Shown here in pieces: positions 46,680 to 55,481 of a stretch of DNA of 64,000 nucleotides (position 1 is its first letter; each line of letters starts with the position of its first letter). Origin of the DNA: Gammaproteobacteria bacterium (GTDB taxonomy: Bacteria; Pseudomonadota; Gammaproteobacteria; Eutrophobiales; Eutrophobiaceae); contig OZ244905.1 of the NCBI GenBank assembly GCA_965221695.1, positions 2,189,384-2,253,383 of the forward strand, given 5' to 3'. Both the position numbers and the translations under genes were made by a program. The notes below the pieces were generated by a model, which worked only from the letters and a program-made list of their open reading frames with translations, had not been told where the DNA came from and searched no databases.

Positions 46680-48062
46680 ATGGACCCGAGATTTCTACCC
46701 CATAACACCCACCTGGAAAACCCTGCCGGGTTTACTGAACAGGACCCTCAACTGCGCCTGCTAAGCCGTCAAACATATCAATATCGTTCAGATGTGTTAG
46801 ATGATTTAGTTGTTGCAAAGCCGGGTATTTACACTCTGGGAGGAGGGCGGCAAATCGGCAAATCGACCTTGTTGAAACAGTGGATAAGTGAATTGCTGGC
46901 ACAGGGTGTCGCACCCGTATCGATCAGTTTTTTTACAGGCGAACTTATCGATGACCACCATAGCCTCCTGAGGTTGATGCAGGCTCAACTGGGCGATTCG
47001 CATACGGATTCCATCAACTACCTGATTATAGACGAAGTAACCTATATTCAGCAGTGGGATAAAGCAGTTAAATTCGCCGCAGACGCGGGCATGCTGGAGC
47101 GTACCGTCCTGGCGCTGACCGGTTCGGACCTGGGTTTAATCAGGGATGCGCGCATGCGCTTTCCCGGACGGCGCGGCGGGGCTGAGGTGGTTGATTTCCA
47201 CATGTATCCGCTTTCATTCAGGGAATGCCTGAAGCTGAAAAACCCGGACATCAATATCGATGATATCGTCTGCCGACCCGGGCAGCCTGAAGCAGACATT
47301 CTCGATACAATTTATGGGGAATTCGATCAGTACTTGATGCATGGCGGTTATTTGACAGCAATAAATGACCTGGCCGGGACCGGGCAGATAAATCAAACCA
47401 CCTTGAATACGTACTCCGACTGGATAAGAGGCGATGTGCTGAAACGCGGCAAGCACGAAAATTACCTGCGTGAAATCATGACTGCTATTATCAAACGCTA
47501 CAATTCACAGGTCACATGGAACGCCCTGGCTCGTGACCTGTCCATTGATCATCCCAAAACGGTGGCTGATTATATTGATGTGCTGGTGAATATGGACGCG
47601 GTCTTTGTACAGTCCGCCCTGCTGGAAGACAAACTGGTTGCCGCGCCCAAGAAAGCCAGAAAACTGATGTTCTGCGACCCCTTTATATTCCATGCCGTGC
47701 ACGGCTGGGTGAATCCGTCCGGTGATCCTTACCATTCGCAGATCCTGCCGCTAGTTCGTGATCCGGAATGGGCCTCCCGCCTGGTTGAGGCTGCCGTGGT
47801 CACTCATCACCGCCGTTTTTTCCCCACATATTACATCAAGGCCCGGGGTGAAGTGGATCTTGCCTATGTCAATAACGGGCAATGCTATCCTGTTGAGATT
47901 AAATGGACCAACCAGTTACGACCCAAGGACATCAAACAGGTCAACCAATATCCACGGGGTGAAATCTGGACTAAAACCAGATCCTGGGGCGACATAAACT
48001 CGACTAAAACCTATCCATTACCGCTGAAATTGCTTCAGATAAACAGGGTCGGACCTGCTTAA
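46680..48062 (+). CDS. AAA-family ATPase with DUF4143-like C-terminal domain (paralog 1)
   Basis: The product has Walker A GGGRQIGKSTLL and Walker B YLIIDEVTYI. The 3' end is encoded inside the MITE-like left TIR. Confidence 0.7.
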   Translation: MDPRFLPHNTHLENPAGFTEQDPQLRLLSRQTYQYRSDVLDDLVVAKPGIYTLGGGRQIGKSTLLKQWISELLAQGVAPVSISFFTGELIDDHHSLLRLMQAQLGDSHTDSINYLIIDEVTYIQQWDKAVKFAADAGMLERTVLALTGSDLGLIRDARMRFPGRRGGAEVVDFHMYPLSFRECLKLKNPDINIDDIVCRPGQPEADILDTIYGEFDQYLMHGGYLTAINDLAGTGQINQTTLNTYSDWIRGDVLKRGKHENYLREIMTAIIKRYNSQVTWNALARDLSIDHPKTVADYIDVLVNMDAVFVQSALLEDKLVAAPKKARKLMFCDPFIFHAVHGWVNPSGDPYHSQILPLVRDPEWASRLVEAAVVTHHRRFFPTYYIKARGEVDLAYVNNGQCYPVEIKWTNQLRPKDIKQVNQYPRGEIWTKTRSWGDINSTKTYPLPLKLLQINRVGPA

Positions 48063-48242
48063 CCCTACCTATCTCTTTGTTTCCATTGAGTTGATTTGTT
48101 GCAGGGGTCTGCTTTGCTCCCTTAAACCCCATTTTTTGTCGTCGAAACCGAGGTTTTAAGATTCTTTTCCCTATACAGCTTACTCCATTAACCCAGAGAC
48201 AATGGAAACACATAGTTAGGCAGGTCCGGCCCTATTTCTCTG
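48036..48242. mobile_element. MITE-like element with about 28 bp imperfect terminal inverted repeats
   Basis: The left end is CAGATAAACAGGGTCGGACCTGCTTAAC. The right end is GTTAGGCAGGTCCGGCCCTATTTCTCTG (24/28 complementary). Subterminal inverted repeats GTTTCCATTG/CAATGGAAAC are also present. Confidence 0.5.
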
Positions 48243-48298
48243 CATGAAAAAACGCTGTAGTCCCTCCTTAAGGAGATGAGAGTTTACGTCATAAAGAA

Positions 48299-48991
48299 CT
48301 ACGTGCCGTTGCGTTGGAACCTCCCGTGTCGGAGGTAATGGATGACCTGGGCAATTACTGCGTTGTTTCTCATAATGAAGGGGTGGGTGGCAGGTATTTG
48401 AATGTGGTCCCGCATCCCTGTCAGTTTCGTATGCTCGACGGAGACCTTGCCGTCATCAGCGCCGGGTATCAGCATGGATAATAGCAGGTTGATGCTGCGG
48501 GTGCCGGCTATTATGCCCAAGTCGAAATCGGCTGGACCAAGACGGATGGGGACGCTTGCGCTATCCGTGCCGAGTTGCAGACCCGCAGCGCCGTTGATCA
48601 GGCGGAAACCGGGGACGTTTCCCAATTTATCCACCACTTCGCTGCCCTGATTAGGCGGCGCCAGCATCACGACCCGTTGCAGGCCAGGAATGTCATTATC
48701 CTCAAGATAGTGCCGGAGCAGGATGCCGCCCATGGAATGGGTGACAAAATGAATATTCTCTCCGTCACATTTCTCCAGCGCCGGCTCAATGGCGAGACCC
48801 GCCAACTTTTCTATCGGGAATTGTCTTGAGGGATAACCCTGGTTGATGGGTGTAAAACCCTGTTCCTCAAGTTCACGCGCCAGCTTGTTCATGGAGCGCT
48901 CGGTCCTGGCCAGACCATGCAGCAGGATGACACATGAGGAAGTGGCCTCCAATGAGAACAGAACCAGCAATATGAACGTGACTGTTTTCAA
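48299..48991 (-). CDS. Secreted alpha/beta-fold hydrolase (esterase/lipase-like)
   Basis: A signal peptide is followed by a VILLHGL oxyanion region and a GHSMGG nucleophile elbow. Confidence 0.7.
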   Translation of the reverse strand: MKTVTFILLVLFSLEATSSCVILLHGLARTERSMNKLARELEEQGFTPINQGYPSRQFPIEKLAGLAIEPALEKCDGENIHFVTHSMGGILLRHYLEDNDIPGLQRVVMLAPPNQGSEVVDKLGNVPGFRLINGAAGLQLGTDSASVPIRLGPADFDLGIIAGTRSINLLLSMLIPGADDGKVSVEHTKLTGMRDHIQIPATHPFIMRNNAVIAQVIHYLRHGRFQRNGT

Positions 48992-49122
48992 AGCACAGAG
49001 CCCGACGCGTAAAAGTACATGATTATCTGGGTGAGATCATACTTTTGTTTCTGGCCCCTGTCACGTCGTTGACTTGCGTCTCACTACTTCTATATTTTAC
49101 TTTTTTACCACCTCGGTATAAA

Positions 49123-50310
49123 ATGGTAAATATGAAAATTAAACGTACTGTTTTCAAAGGGTTAAATGATCACTTAACCAGGCCGGAAGTCCTGATTCTG
49201 CTCGGCGCCAGGCAGGTTGGGAAAACCACCCTGATGAATGATCTGGCAACGACTGCAGCGGAGAAGTTTCAGCATATCCGGTTTTTCAATGCTGAGTTCC
49301 CTGATGACCTGCTGTTTTTCTCCAGGCCGGAACGGGAATTATTTTATGATCTGACGAAAACACCCGATACGATCATTTTTATCGATGAGTTTCACTATAT
49401 CAAAAACATCTCGAAAATCTTCAAGGGCATATACGACGCTCAAAAGAGAATTAAAATTGTGGCCAGCGGGTCGTCATCACTGGAAATTCATAAGCACCTC
49501 CGGGAGAGTCTGGCCGGAAGAAGGAGTATATTCAAAGTTTACCCATTATCTTGGGAGGAATGGAGGCAGACCGGCGGTTCAATTGAAGAGTTTACCGTAT
49601 TTGGCGGCATGCCCGGGCTTGTTCACCTTGCAAGCAAAACTGAGAAAATGGAATATCTCTCACAAATCGTTCAAGCATATATTCTCAATGATATCAAGGG
49701 CTTGCTCAGGGAAGAGAACATTGCGGCATTTAATCACCTGCTGTATTATCTGGCAGAAAACCAGGGACAGATCACCCCCACCGCCAATCTTGCAAGAGAG
49801 ATCAGGTTATCAAATATGACGGTGGTGAATTACCTTGATATCCTTGAACAAACCTATGTTGTGTTTGGGCTTCACAGTTTTTCCAGAAGGCTGTCCAACG
49901 AATTAAAGAAATCAAGAAAATATTATTTTTTTGATAATGGCATCAGGAATGCCATCATCAAAAATTTTGCCGCGCCCCAAGAAAGAAGCAATACTGGTTT
50001 TCTGTATGAATCCCATGTTTTCCTTGAACTTCATAAAAGATTGCGCGCCAACACAGAATTACAGTTTTGGCGCAACAGGCAAGGCGATGAGGTTGATTTC
50101 ATCTGGTCTGAAAATCAGGTTCCTGTCCCCATTGAAGTTAAACAGAGTTGGTCAGGACGAAACCTACCGCAAGGCCTGCGTAAGTTCCTGAAAAACTACC
50201 CTGAAGCCCCATGTGGAATATTGGTCAATGCGGACACAAGCGCGGAGCGGCAATTAAATGGGCGAACGATCAAATTGAAGAAATTTGATGAAGCAATCTT
50301 GTGTACATAG
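49123..50310 (+). CDS. AAA-family ATPase with DUF4143-like C-terminal domain (paralog 2, AT-richer)
   Basis: The product has Walker A GARQVGKTTLM and Walker B IIFIDEFHYI. It is colinear with paralog 1. Local GC is noticeably lower than in flanking DNA. Confidence 0.7.
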   Translation: MVNMKIKRTVFKGLNDHLTRPEVLILLGARQVGKTTLMNDLATTAAEKFQHIRFFNAEFPDDLLFFSRPERELFYDLTKTPDTIIFIDEFHYIKNISKIFKGIYDAQKRIKIVASGSSSLEIHKHLRESLAGRRSIFKVYPLSWEEWRQTGGSIEEFTVFGGMPGLVHLASKTEKMEYLSQIVQAYILNDIKGLLREENIAAFNHLLYYLAENQGQITPTANLAREIRLSNMTVVNYLDILEQTYVVFGLHSFSRRLSNELKKSRKYYFFDNGIRNAIIKNFAAPQERSNTGFLYESHVFLELHKRLRANTELQFWRNRQGDEVDFIWSENQVPVPIEVKQSWSGRNLPQGLRKFLKNYPEAPCGILVNADTSAERQLNGRTIKLKKFDEAILCT

Positions 50311-50660
50311 TTGCCTGATTTACCGGATATTTGTGCACTATGGTTGCATTTTTGCTGCCGGCTTGCCGCAGCCACAAGCTTCAGGGCCTTCAATCACAAC
50401 ACCTCCGGCAGCAGCAAGTCGCTGTCTCAACTTCGTGATAGTGATGCGTGGTAGATAAGCAATAAAGTTATGATATTACGAGGGTTTATTGTTATTAACG
50501 GCATAATTGTAACGTATACAGGGGCAGAAATGTAACTATTGGGCAGGTTCGGTTTTGCGTGTAACAATGGTGAGAACGCCGGATGCAATAGCTGGCATGC
50601 ATTATGGGGAGCGGAGTGACCGCACGCGGGCGGGGCGCCCGCACTCCCAGGATGGTCTTG

Positions 50661-51059
50661 TCAGGTCTGCTCCCAGGGCAGTTTGTGAAAGCGCCAGCCG
50701 TTCCGGTTGCTGCGGTGGCGGTTTTCGTCCAGGTCGCCTTCAAAGCCTTCGGCAATGTTTACCGTGTGCCGGTAGCCATGCTGTTCCAGCAGTTGCGCCG
50801 CGAGCATTGAACGTTTGCCGCTGCGGCAGAGGGTCAGGATGGTGGTGTTCTTGCTGCCCGCGCCCAATCGTTCGATCACCTTTTGAGCAAAGTCCGGGTC
50901 GGTAGTCCAATCGGGCGCTTCCTGCAAGGGTATGTGGACGGCCCCGACGGGGTGCCCCACGTAATCAAACTCGACCTTTGAGCGTACATCAAGCAGGATT
51001 GCGTCGGGGTTTTCCTGGAGCATCAGCCAGGCCTGTTTGGGGTCAACTTCGGCAACCAT
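50661..51059 (-). CDS. Rhodanese-domain sulfurtransferase
   Basis: The product has the active-site loop CRSGKRS. It abuts pyrF with a 1 nt gap. Confidence 0.8.
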   Translation of the reverse strand: MVAEVDPKQAWLMLQENPDAILLDVRSKVEFDYVGHPVGAVHIPLQEAPDWTTDPDFAQKVIERLGAGSKNTTILTLCRSGKRSMLAAQLLEQHGYRHTVNIAEGFEGDLDENRHRSNRNGWRFHKLPWEQT

Positions 51060-51060
51060 G

Positions 51061-51828
51061 TTATGGTCCTCCTGTTGGTACTATATCGTTTGTGGTTTGA
51101 ATGTCGGCGATGATGGATTGCGCCGCGCGCAGTGGATCAGGTGCTTGTGTAATCGGGCGGCCTACCACCAGGTAGTCTGCGCCGTCAGCAATCGCCTGGC
51201 GTGGTGTCAGTGTGCGTTTGTGATCGTGATGTCCGACCTCGGCAGGGCGGATGCCCGGGGTAACGATCAGGAAATCCCGGTCGCGAAATTCCCGGCGCAA
51301 GGCGCGCACGGACGAACCGGATGCAATCAAGCCTTCACAGCCGGCATCCAGGGCTTGCCGCGCCCGGCGCAGGACGATGTTGTCGGTGTTTGGCTTGGCG
51401 CCGTCCGGGGATAGCTCCTTCAGGTCAGCGGCGTCCATGCTGGACAGTACGGTGAGCATCAGCAGGCTGGGTTTGCTGTTCTCGCCGCGCCCGCGTTTCG
51501 CGGCCGTAACCGTGGAACTGCCGCCATGGATGGTCAGCAACTCCAGCCTGCCGTTGAATTCATTGGGCATGTTGGCCAATGCAGCTTGCACGGTGCGGTC
51601 GATATCATTGATTTTCAGGTCCAGAAAAACCTTGTTGCCGGCCTCTAGCAACGCGCTGATGAACGGCCAGCCTTCTCCAAGGAACAGTTGCCAGCCTACT
51701 TTATAGAAATTGACCGTGCTGCCGAGCTGTTCGATCAGGTTTTCAGCTTCGGCCGCACGATCGAAGTCCAAAGCGATGATCAGCCGATCAGCGGGCGCGA
51801 GCTTTGTTGGTGGAAATTCAGTTGCCAT
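51061..51828 (-). CDS. pyrF: Orotidine 5'-phosphate decarboxylase
   Basis: The product has LIIALDF, FLDLKINDI and LVTPGIRP...GADYLVVGRPITQAPDP. Confidence 0.85.
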   Translation of the reverse strand: MATEFPPTKLAPADRLIIALDFDRAAEAENLIEQLGSTVNFYKVGWQLFLGEGWPFISALLEAGNKVFLDLKINDIDRTVQAALANMPNEFNGRLELLTIHGGSSTVTAAKRGRGENSKPSLLMLTVLSSMDAADLKELSPDGAKPNTDNIVLRRARQALDAGCEGLIASGSSVRALRREFRDRDFLIVTPGIRPAEVGHHDHKRTLTPRQAIADGADYLVVGRPITQAPDPLRAAQSIIADIQTTNDIVPTGGP

Positions 51829-51942
51829 ATATTACGTTTCTCGTAGTTATTCTAAGGAACCTCTGAAGATTAAGATTGTTGGTTCACTGCCATTTCCTCC
51901 GTACTATTCCCGCGAAATAAGAAATCTCTGGCGCTCATTGTC

Positions 51943-52899
51943 TTACAGAAGCCCGTCGTGTTCCAGCCGTCGGAGTACCTGCGCAGGTTGCAGCTCGGCC
52001 AGGGGGGTTGTCCTGAATACGGCCTCATCCCTGTTCAAGGATAGTACGCGCTCGCGCTGGCCGACTGCGTGGTTGCGGCGCCAATCAGTGGGGCCGAATA
52101 AGCCGTAGACCGGGATGGGGCCGCAGGCGAGCAGGTGCATGGGACCTGAATCATTGGTAACGGCAATCCTGGCCTGGCCGGCCAGCGCGACCAGTTGCAG
52201 AAATGAAAACGCCGCATTGGCATTCACGCCGGTGATACGGGCCAGGTCAGCATTTGTATGCCGGTCTTGCTCACCGCCTGCCCAGACCGTGACATAGCCT
52301 TGTTGCGCCAGGGACAGGGCCAATTCCCCGAAGTAAGGCCAGCGTTTTTCCTGGCGCCGGGCGCTGGCGCCCGCATGCATGATGACGAGTTTTCGGTCCG
52401 GCAGGTCCCGCTCCTGCAACCATTCGCTGACTTTGTGCTGGTCCGCTGCGGAAGGGCGCAGGCAGGGAACGACGCCGTCGGTGGAAATCCCGGCGGCCTC
52501 CAATATTTCCAGCATCCTGTCATGGATATGGCGCTGCCCGGTATAGCGATCTTGCGGGTGCAGGTTATAGGGAAAGCGCGGGTGGTTGCCGGCCTGCTCC
52601 GGGATTCCCGAGAGGCCGCACAGCGCGCCGGTACGGTCGTTGGACTGCAAGTCGTACACCCGCAGAAAACCTTGTTTTCGCACCCACAGGGCGGTTGCCA
52701 GGGTGGAACGCAAGCTGCTGCGGTCAAACGTCTTCAACTCCAGGTTGGGCCAGGTCTCAAACAATTTGATATAAGAAGGACTGGTGAGAAGAACGCAGCG
52801 GCGCGGTGCGTGGTGTTGTAAAATCCGATCAATCAGACCGGTGGCCATGACCACATCGCCCAATGCCCCGAGCTTGATGATCAGTATATCCTTACGCAT
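51943..52899 (-). CDS. Glycosyltransferase family 9 (LPS heptosyltransferase family)
   Basis: The N-terminus reads MRKDILIIKLGALGDVVMATGLIDRI. A C-terminal GT-B domain carries NDSGPMHLLA. Confidence 0.75.
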   Translation of the reverse strand: MRKDILIIKLGALGDVVMATGLIDRILQHHAPRRCVLLTSPSYIKLFETWPNLELKTFDRSSLRSTLATALWVRKQGFLRVYDLQSNDRTGALCGLSGIPEQAGNHPRFPYNLHPQDRYTGQRHIHDRMLEILEAAGISTDGVVPCLRPSAADQHKVSEWLQERDLPDRKLVIMHAGASARRQEKRWPYFGELALSLAQQGYVTVWAGGEQDRHTNADLARITGVNANAAFSFLQLVALAGQARIAVTNDSGPMHLLACGPIPVYGLFGPTDWRRNHAVGQRERVLSLNRDEAVFRTTPLAELQPAQVLRRLEHDGLL

Positions 52900-52984
52900 C
52901 GGCCAGGGGATTGTGATATTCCTCTAGAAACACTGGCAGGCTAGCGGAAAACAGGGCTTTGTACAGGCCGCTGAAACGAGTGTT

Positions 52985-53330
52985 TAACTGGCGCGCCTGT
53001 TCGTACAAGGTGAGGGTCGGGTTCAGCATTCGTTCCAGGGTAAAGCTGCAAAACGTGGCGATAGGTGGCCGGATGTTCAGGTTGTTGAAAGAAGTGTTCA
53101 TCCGGCGAGCCAGTGCATACAAGGCCAAGGTCTGGTCCAGCATTTGTCTCAAGGTAAAGCTGCGATTCGATGCGATAGGCGGTTGCGCGTACAGGTTGCT
53201 GAAAGGAGCCATCATCCGGCGTGCGCCTGTTCGTACAAAGCCAGGGTCTGGTCCAGCATTCGTTCCAGGGTAAAGCTGCGGTTCGGCGCGATAGTTGGCC
53301 TGGCGTTCAGAAAGTCCTGAACCTTTTCCG
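52985..53330 (-). repeat. Three tandem copies (about 115 bp period) of the 3'-terminal module of the GT4 gene
   Basis: The anchor TTCCAGGGTAAAGCTGC recurs at 53033, 53147 and 53263. The overlapping 107 aa ORF at 52892-53215 translates as degenerate copies of the GT4 C-terminal peptide (...NRSFTLERMLDQTLALYEQ). Confidence 0.8.
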
Positions 53331-54321
53331 CGATGGCAGCCCTGTTACCCGGTTCCACCAGGCCGTCAGGCTGCAGTTCTTCCAGCACTTCGCGGGCGCC
53401 CCCGTGGGCGTAGGCGACTACCGGACGCCCCAGCGAGAGCGCTTCCAGCGCAGTCCTGCCGAAGGCTTCGGGGATGTTTGCCAGCGACATGACGACATCG
53501 GAGATACTCAGCAGTTCGCGCAGGTCGTGACGCTGACCCAGGAAGCTGATGTCGTTTCCCAGACCGTGCCGGTTAACCATCCGGGTTAACTCCTTGAGGA
53601 ACCTTTCACGGCGCGGTTCCGCGCCGCCCGCAACCAGGCCGTGGACATGGGTTCCGGCCTGATTCAGACGCCCGATGATATCGATAAAATCCAGGTGGCC
53701 TTTCCAGCGGGTGATGCGGCCGGGCAGGGTAACCAGTGTCTTGCCCTGCAGTTGCGGCTGGTCAGCGCGCCAGCGCGCCAGCCACGTCGCGGAAGGTCGG
53801 TAGCCCTCGGGGAAAGAATCGGGATCCACGCCACGGTGAATGATCGATATCTTACCGGGATCTACGCGGGGGTAATTTGCGATGATGTAGTCATGGATAA
53901 ACTTCGAAATGGCTATCACCTTCTGTCCTCGGGTCATGACAGCGCTGTAATGGCCGACGCGGTAGGGGCCGTGTACCGTGGTGATGAACACGGGCCGTCT
54001 GGCCTCGGGCATGTTTTTCCAGGCAAGGTAACAGACCCAGGCCGGCAGGCGCGAGCGCGCATGCAAGATATCCACCTTTTCTTCCAGCAGGAAACGTCGC
54101 AGGCGAAATGCCAGCAGCAGTGTGAATGGGGACTTTTTGCCGACAGGCCAGGTATAGTGCCGGGAACCGCCGGCGGTGAGTTCAGCCGTCAGTGACCCAC
54201 CGGCGGACATGACCAGTGAACGATGGCCGCGGCGCGCCAGTTCAGCGGCCACATCAAGAGTCCCGCGTTCCACCCCGCCCGTTTCCAGGGCCGGCAGCGT
54301 TTGCAGTACGGTCAAGGACAT
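53212..54321 (-). CDS. Glycosyltransferase family 4 (LPS core / WaaG-like)
   Basis: The N-terminus reads MSLTVLQTLPALETGGVERGTLDVAAEL. A GT-B C-terminal domain follows (E-x7-E region). The ORF-track start at 54378 adds 19 aa. Confidence 0.8.
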   Translation of the reverse strand: MSLTVLQTLPALETGGVERGTLDVAAELARRGHRSLVMSAGGSLTAELTAGGSRHYTWPVGKKSPFTLLLAFRLRRFLLEEKVDILHARSRLPAWVCYLAWKNMPEARRPVFITTVHGPYRVGHYSAVMTRGQKVIAISKFIHDYIIANYPRVDPGKISIIHRGVDPDSFPEGYRPSATWLARWRADQPQLQGKTLVTLPGRITRWKGHLDFIDIIGRLNQAGTHVHGLVAGGAEPRRERFLKELTRMVNRHGLGNDISFLGQRHDLRELLSISDVVMSLANIPEAFGRTALEALSLGRPVVAYAHGGAREVLEELQPDGLVEPGNRAAIAEKVQDFLNARPTIAPNRSFTLERMLDQTLALYEQAHAG

Positions 54322-55277
54322 GTTGCGATACCGGCTGTTTGCGCCAGCAATCCTTTCTCCAGCAGCAGGTCGGCGCAACGATCGGCTTCAGCGAGTGTCC
54401 GCGGTGAAACAGGCAGCTCTGCCACAACATCGTTGCCGCCGTGGGCGCCGACGAAGCCGTCCTTGAGCAATTGGTCGACTGCGCGATGCAGGCGGCTTGC
54501 GGACTTTCTTTGCAGCGGCAGCAGGCCTACGCGACAGCTGGAAGAGAGCGCCTCGCAAATCATCGAAACACTGTCTTCGGTTACCCATACATCGCGGGCG
54601 CGAGCCAGCGCCTGCGCCAGCCAGTCACGCCCACAGTCGTCCCAGAACACGACGTCCACGCGGTCATTTTTAAGTCCGGCAAGATCATGCGCGAGTTGCA
54701 CGGGGGTACGCGGAGAATTGGCCACGGTCCAGTTACGGGGCGACGGGCGCGCCAGCAATTGCCTGATGCGCGCCAGCAACGCGTCAGGGTCCATGCGGTA
54801 ATGCCGGGAAGGTCCGCCAATCAGTATCAGGCCCTGTTCCGCATCGTGGTTGTGCGTTGGCTGTATGGGGTTAAGTGCGCCTGCCGTTACGATGACATTA
54901 TCTCTCGCCGGCGGGTCGTCATGGGCCGGGACCAGGCAGTAATCGAACCAGCCCAGCGGTAGGCTGGGACGCATGAGCACGACGGTCCTGGCCCGGTGTG
55001 CCCGGCGCACAGCGAGCAAGGCGGCATGAGTTGCGTGGCCGGCGCCGATCGCCACCAGCGGCGCCGGCAGAGCGCCTGTCCAAGGCGTTTTTCCGCTGAC
55101 GCAGGATGCCAGGGAGCGGCTCAACGGTGGCGCCGTTACCTGGTATGTTATCAGCGGTACGCGCCGGCGCAGGGCATCAATTAACCCGGTCGACTGGCTC
55201 AGGTGGCCGCGTTTACCGTCACAGATCTGCCAGAGGATGACAGGGTCGCATGAGACTTGACGGGATGTGAGGTTCAA
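54312..55277 (-). CDS. ELM1/GtrOC1-like family protein (DUF1022), putative LPS-associated glycosyltransferase
   Basis: The product has ...ILWQICDGKRGHLSQSTGLIDAL... and lies within a glycosyltransferase cluster. Confidence 0.55.
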   Translation of the reverse strand: MNLTSRQVSCDPVILWQICDGKRGHLSQSTGLIDALRRRVPLITYQVTAPPLSRSLASCVSGKTPWTGALPAPLVAIGAGHATHAALLAVRRAHRARTVVLMRPSLPLGWFDYCLVPAHDDPPARDNVIVTAGALNPIQPTHNHDAEQGLILIGGPSRHYRMDPDALLARIRQLLARPSPRNWTVANSPRTPVQLAHDLAGLKNDRVDVVFWDDCGRDWLAQALARARDVWVTEDSVSMICEALSSSCRVGLLPLQRKSASRLHRAVDQLLKDGFVGAHGGNDVVAELPVSPRTLAEADRCADLLLEKGLLAQTAGIATCP

Positions 55278-55283
55278 ACCGGT

Positions 55284-55481
55284 TCAGGCAATAGCTTCCA
55301 GCGTGAACTCGGCTCCACAATAAGGGCATTTTGCCGTGCCCGTTTCCTCTATCGGCAGGTACACCCGCGGGTGCGAATTCCACAGGCTCATGCTCGGCAG
55401 TGGGCAAGACAGGGGCAGATCCCGCCGGCTGATGACATAATGTTGCCGATCATTCGGCGTGTTGGCTCCGATCGCATTCAT
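55284..55481 (-). CDS. zf-CHCC-type small zinc-finger protein
   Basis: The product has HPRVYLPIE...CPYCGAEF. Its start abuts the ilvE stop. A longer alternative start lies at 55526. Confidence 0.5.
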   Translation of the reverse strand: MNAIGANTPNDRQHYVISRRDLPLSCPLPSMSLWNSHPRVYLPIEETGTAKCPYCGAEFTLEAIA

